Source: Takakia lepidozioides (lineage: Eukaryota > Plantae > Bryophyta). Taken from it: a stretch of 64,000 nt of DNA. The first letter of the stretch is position 1. Each line of letters begins with the position of its first letter. The notes beneath the pieces were generated by a model. The model saw nothing but the letters and a program-made list of their open reading frames with translations, was not told where the DNA came from and made no database searches. This document shows positions 62,092-64,000 of the stretch, piece after piece. A program made the position numbers and the translations under genes. The DNA lies in assembly GCA_030704615.1 (NCBI GenBank), contig CM060733.1, positions 6,076,001 to 6,140,000 on the forward strand, written 5' to 3'.

Positions 62092-62697
62092 TTCACGAAA
62101 TTTGTATAAAGGTTGCTTCTTGAAATGGTCTACAATGCCCTTACATGATCTATTAGAGGCATTAGTCTACCCTATATTGAGGAGGGTCACGGTTTTGAAT
62201 GTAGCATCTTTGTACTTTTAGGTCCTCACAAAAGTGTGGGTATCAACCAGTGTGGTGTGGGTACAAATCCTGACCCTGGGTATCCGACGGGTTGAGATTC
62301 GGTAACCCGGCCACAAGTTGGACCTATCTACTGGATCCAAGACCCGCCGTTTTAGAGGCAAACTTAGAAGTAGAATATGCAGTGTCGGTGCAATACGCTT
62401 TGGCATAATCGTAGGCTTGATTTAGTACAGCCCATTATGATGTCCAGCCAATCAGAGGCTGTAGAGATGCTCATTATGCTCTTAAAGTTATCGCTAGCTT
62501 GACTTTGTAAAAGACCATTAAGGTCTGGAATCTGGAACCTCTAATTGGCAAAATGGCCAGCGAATTGCTTATTCCACAATACACAAAATAAAATATGGCA
62601 CTTACCTTATACTTGCGCAGCCTCACCTCCCTCGCTTGAGCTTCTCATAGGTAATGCTCCTCCTTCTCTCTCTCATTTGGTTTTTTGTTGGCTCTGT

Positions 62698-63040
62698 CCC
62701 GCAAGGGATAGAGGCATTGTGGAGACTTCTTGCCTAGGCGGAGCTAGGTAGAGAACGGAGAACTAGGCTTATCCATTAAGCCTAGAGAGAGAGAGAGAGA
62801 ACCTACTCTTTAGAGGGTTGATGGGACCCGCAAGGGATAGAGGCATTGTGGAGACTTCTTGCCTAGGGGGAGCTAGGCAGAGAACGGAGAACTGACTTAT
62901 CCATTAAGCCTAGAGAGAGAGAGAGAGCCTAGTCTTTAGAGGGTTGATGGGACCTACAAGAGATAGAGGCATTGTGGAGACATCTTTAGAGAGAGAACTA
63001 GGCTTATCCATTAAGCCTAGTCTATGGAGGGTTGATGGGA
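62698..63040. repeat. ~125-bp tandem repeat, about 2.7 copies, with GA tracts
   Basis: caagggatagaggcattgtggagac...ttatccattaagcctag...gagggttgatggga is repeated. Confidence 0.92.
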
Positions 63041-64000
63041 ATGATTCATGAAGCCTTGGAAACAGTATAAAACAACAACCACAAAATCACCAAAGGACAC
63101 AGCCTCTTGTGGCGGAGCTGCTTGTTTGTTTAGGGTGTGGTGTGCGTTTTTCTTGGTATAGTGACCTATGAGGCATATTTAAAGTTTCAGCCCAACGGCG
63201 AAGAAGTTGGGATGGGAAGATGGATGAAATAAGTAGTGACAGCGAGAGATGCAATGTCATCCATCCCGAGGTGGTGGAGAAGGAGGTTCTTAGGGCATCC
63301 ACGCGCTAAAACTTAACCTAATAAAATCAATCCATGCAATAAACTAAAGGGAAAAAAACCAAATGTAAAACCCTAAGAAATCTACTCGTCTCAGAACATA
63401 AAAACCTCTCAACGGTGAGTGTGCCCATCAACCCATGAACACCACTAAGTGCACTAAAATAAGACCACAAAAAACGATTTTGACACTCGTAACAGATGCA
63501 AATTCCGAAATCCCTAGAATTTCCGACACCCCTATCCGCAACAATCAAAACCCTTCTGCGAGACCTAAAACCCTAATCACCCTCATTAGCACCAAAAACA
63601 ATCCACTGAACTGCAGTAGCTCATTCGTAAACCGTTACGAAGCAATGCAAAAGGAGGTAGTAATTGAAACACATGGCAAAGTACTTGAAACCGCGATGGA
63701 TGTGTGAGGCCTGCAGCAGGGAAGCGAAGAAGCAAGTCCTGCAGCGATTGCACAGATGCAAAGAGAGAGAGTTGTTTCTGGAGTGTGTATGCATCTTTGA
63801 CTAGAGGACGCGGCGAGATTCGAGTTACAAAGTCTACCTTCATTTTTGTCTATGTGGTCATAACAGAGGGTCTATTTGGGTCCTGCTTCTTGTGTGCATT
63901 GGTGAGAGTGCCTTGGAAGGAAATTGTGAGAGTGCCTTGGAAGGAAATTGTGAGAGAATCTGGTGGCAAGAAGTGTTCTGGAGGTGTAAATTTTGGAGGT

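Noticed and set aside
63300-64000. Gene start behind telo-box-like aaaccctaa motifs
   Set aside because: No convincing ORF or recognisable protein follows within the window.

Overview
Eukaryotic plant genomic DNA, with spliceosomal introns and PYL, ERD7 and SNAPc homologues; it is probably a non-seed land plant of bryophyte grade (inference). The left 44 kb is a repeat and pseudogene graveyard. It holds a ~0.7-0.94 kb tandem array with five long hairpins, a frameshifted ERD7/spartin-family pseudogene, a PYR/PYL ABA-receptor fragment, an unidentified 304-aa ORF, palindromic and AT-rich satellites, L1-type LINE remnants, tRNA-derived SINEs, and a nested LTR/CACTA block. The standout is a Ty3/Gypsy retrotransposon (~25.3-33.0 kb). 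Its polyprotein carries a C5-cytosine DNA methyltransferase between protease and RT, and a C4HC3 PHD finger at the integrase C-terminus. Upstream of it lies an LTR-like region with an array of CG-rich palindromes spaced 53 bp apart. This copy is degenerate (frameshifts, stops, loss of DNMT motif IX). The right 20 kb holds three intact-looking host genes: a DUF212/divergent PAP2 protein, SNAPC3/SRD2 and a WrbA/FQR1 quinone reductase, followed by repeat-rich intergenic DNA. All family assignments come from motif recognition by eye; no searches were run.
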